A stretch of DNA of 64,000 nucleotides from Eledone cirrhosa (lineage: Eukaryota), in assembly GCA_964016885.1 (NCBI GenBank), contig OZ024741.1, forward strand, positions 149,544,001 to 149,608,000. The letters are read 5' to 3'. Below are positions 63,050 to 64,000 of this stretch, in pieces; the first letter of the stretch is position 1; every line of letters begins with the position of its first letter. The notes beneath the pieces are model-generated. The model was not told where the DNA came from. It saw nothing but the letters and a program-made list of their open reading frames with translations, and made no database searches. A program made the position numbers and the translations under genes.

Positions 63050-63633
63050 AATTGAGAGAGAGACTGAGCATCAGAGGAATCAAATGCTGTGTGCAGGAGA
63101 GGCGGATGCGTTGGTATGGACATGTGATGCGTATGAAGGATGACAGCTGCATAAAAAGGTGCAGAGCACTAGAAGTCAATGGAAGCCGCAGAGTGGGGAG
63201 ACCCAAGAAGACCTGGGATGAGGTGATAGGGGCCGACCTTACTCAGTTGCACCTCTCAAAGGCGATGACACACGACCGTGACCTCTGGCGTCATGCAGTA
63301 ATACAGAGTACCCGACCTCCCATGGGTACAAGCTGAAGCATATAGACAATATGCCCCCACATCCTCCCACTGCAAAGTGGTCATAGAGGTGCAAAAAAAG
63401 CACCCAGCCCACACTGTAAAGTGGACGTGTAGGCGCCACGGAAAAAAGCACCCAGCACTCAATGTAAATGAGGTTGGTGTTAGGAAGGGCATCCAGCTGT
63501 AGAAACTAGGCCAAAATCAGTTCCTGTATGAGCAAGGCATGGTCAGCCGACCAGACACTGCCCACAACAGGACAACCCGTCTAACCCATGCTAGCATGGA
63601 AGAACGGACTTAAAACGGTGATGATGATGATGA
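63050..63633 (+). mobile_element. RTE LINE 3' end with (GAT)n tail
   Basis: RRMRWYGHVMR...GRPKKTWDEVI; 3' UTR ending CCATGCTAGCATGG...GATGATGATGATGA. Confidence 0.85.
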
Positions 63634-63719
63634 ATGTCCCCTCATCCATCACCATTGTGGTAAATAAATAGTTGAAATTATTATTATCACCATTATTATT
63701 ATTTTTATTGTGTGCCTTG

Positions 63720-63895
63720 GGTATCCCAGTGTTGCTTTTGCTGCTGTTGTTTCTACTGTACAGAGAGTACTCTTCGTAATGTGTGCTGTACATAGTACTA
63801 TTTTCTGCAATCTGTATATATTTGTAAGTCCATGGTTTTGGGTTATCATTCTCATGGCACCTATTATAACAGGGATTGTCTCCATTTTCATCAGC
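63720..63895 (-). mobile_element. R4/Dong-like LINE 3' end fragment
   Basis: TIPVIIGAM...LQKIVLCTAHITK resembles the R4/Dong C-terminus; followed by an (AAT)n tail. Confidence 0.65.
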
Positions 63896-64000
63896 CATAT
63901 TTCTATCTCTAGATCTTTACTTTTTTATTATTATATATCTATTATTTGTTATATCTATCTGTTGTTAGCCCTTGTGGCCAATAAAGAAACCATTATTATA

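Overview
Animal genomic DNA, most likely an octopus or other cephalopod (inferred from the SINE/RTE/R4 repeat families, AT/TG microsatellites and intron structure; not verified). Bases 1-31.3 kb are one G-rich ~25-bp tandem array with nested higher-order periods (~0.52, ~4.3 and ~9.9 kb). It probably lies in intron 1 of a minus-strand galactocerebrosidase (GALC) gene whose first coding exon is at 35418-35609. The stretch 37.6-54 kb is a nest of decayed retroelements: a compact two-LTR element, an internally inverted LINE inserted at the stop codon of a Penelope-like element (PLE), a second PLE, a CR1-like LINE and an RTE fragment, plus a minimal hammerhead-ribozyme motif. An intronless FAAP24 CDS (minus) then sits head-to-head with the first four exons of HTRA2/Omi (plus). 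No CRISPR array, rRNA or true tRNA gene was seen. Coordinates were read by eye, so TE boundaries are approximate.
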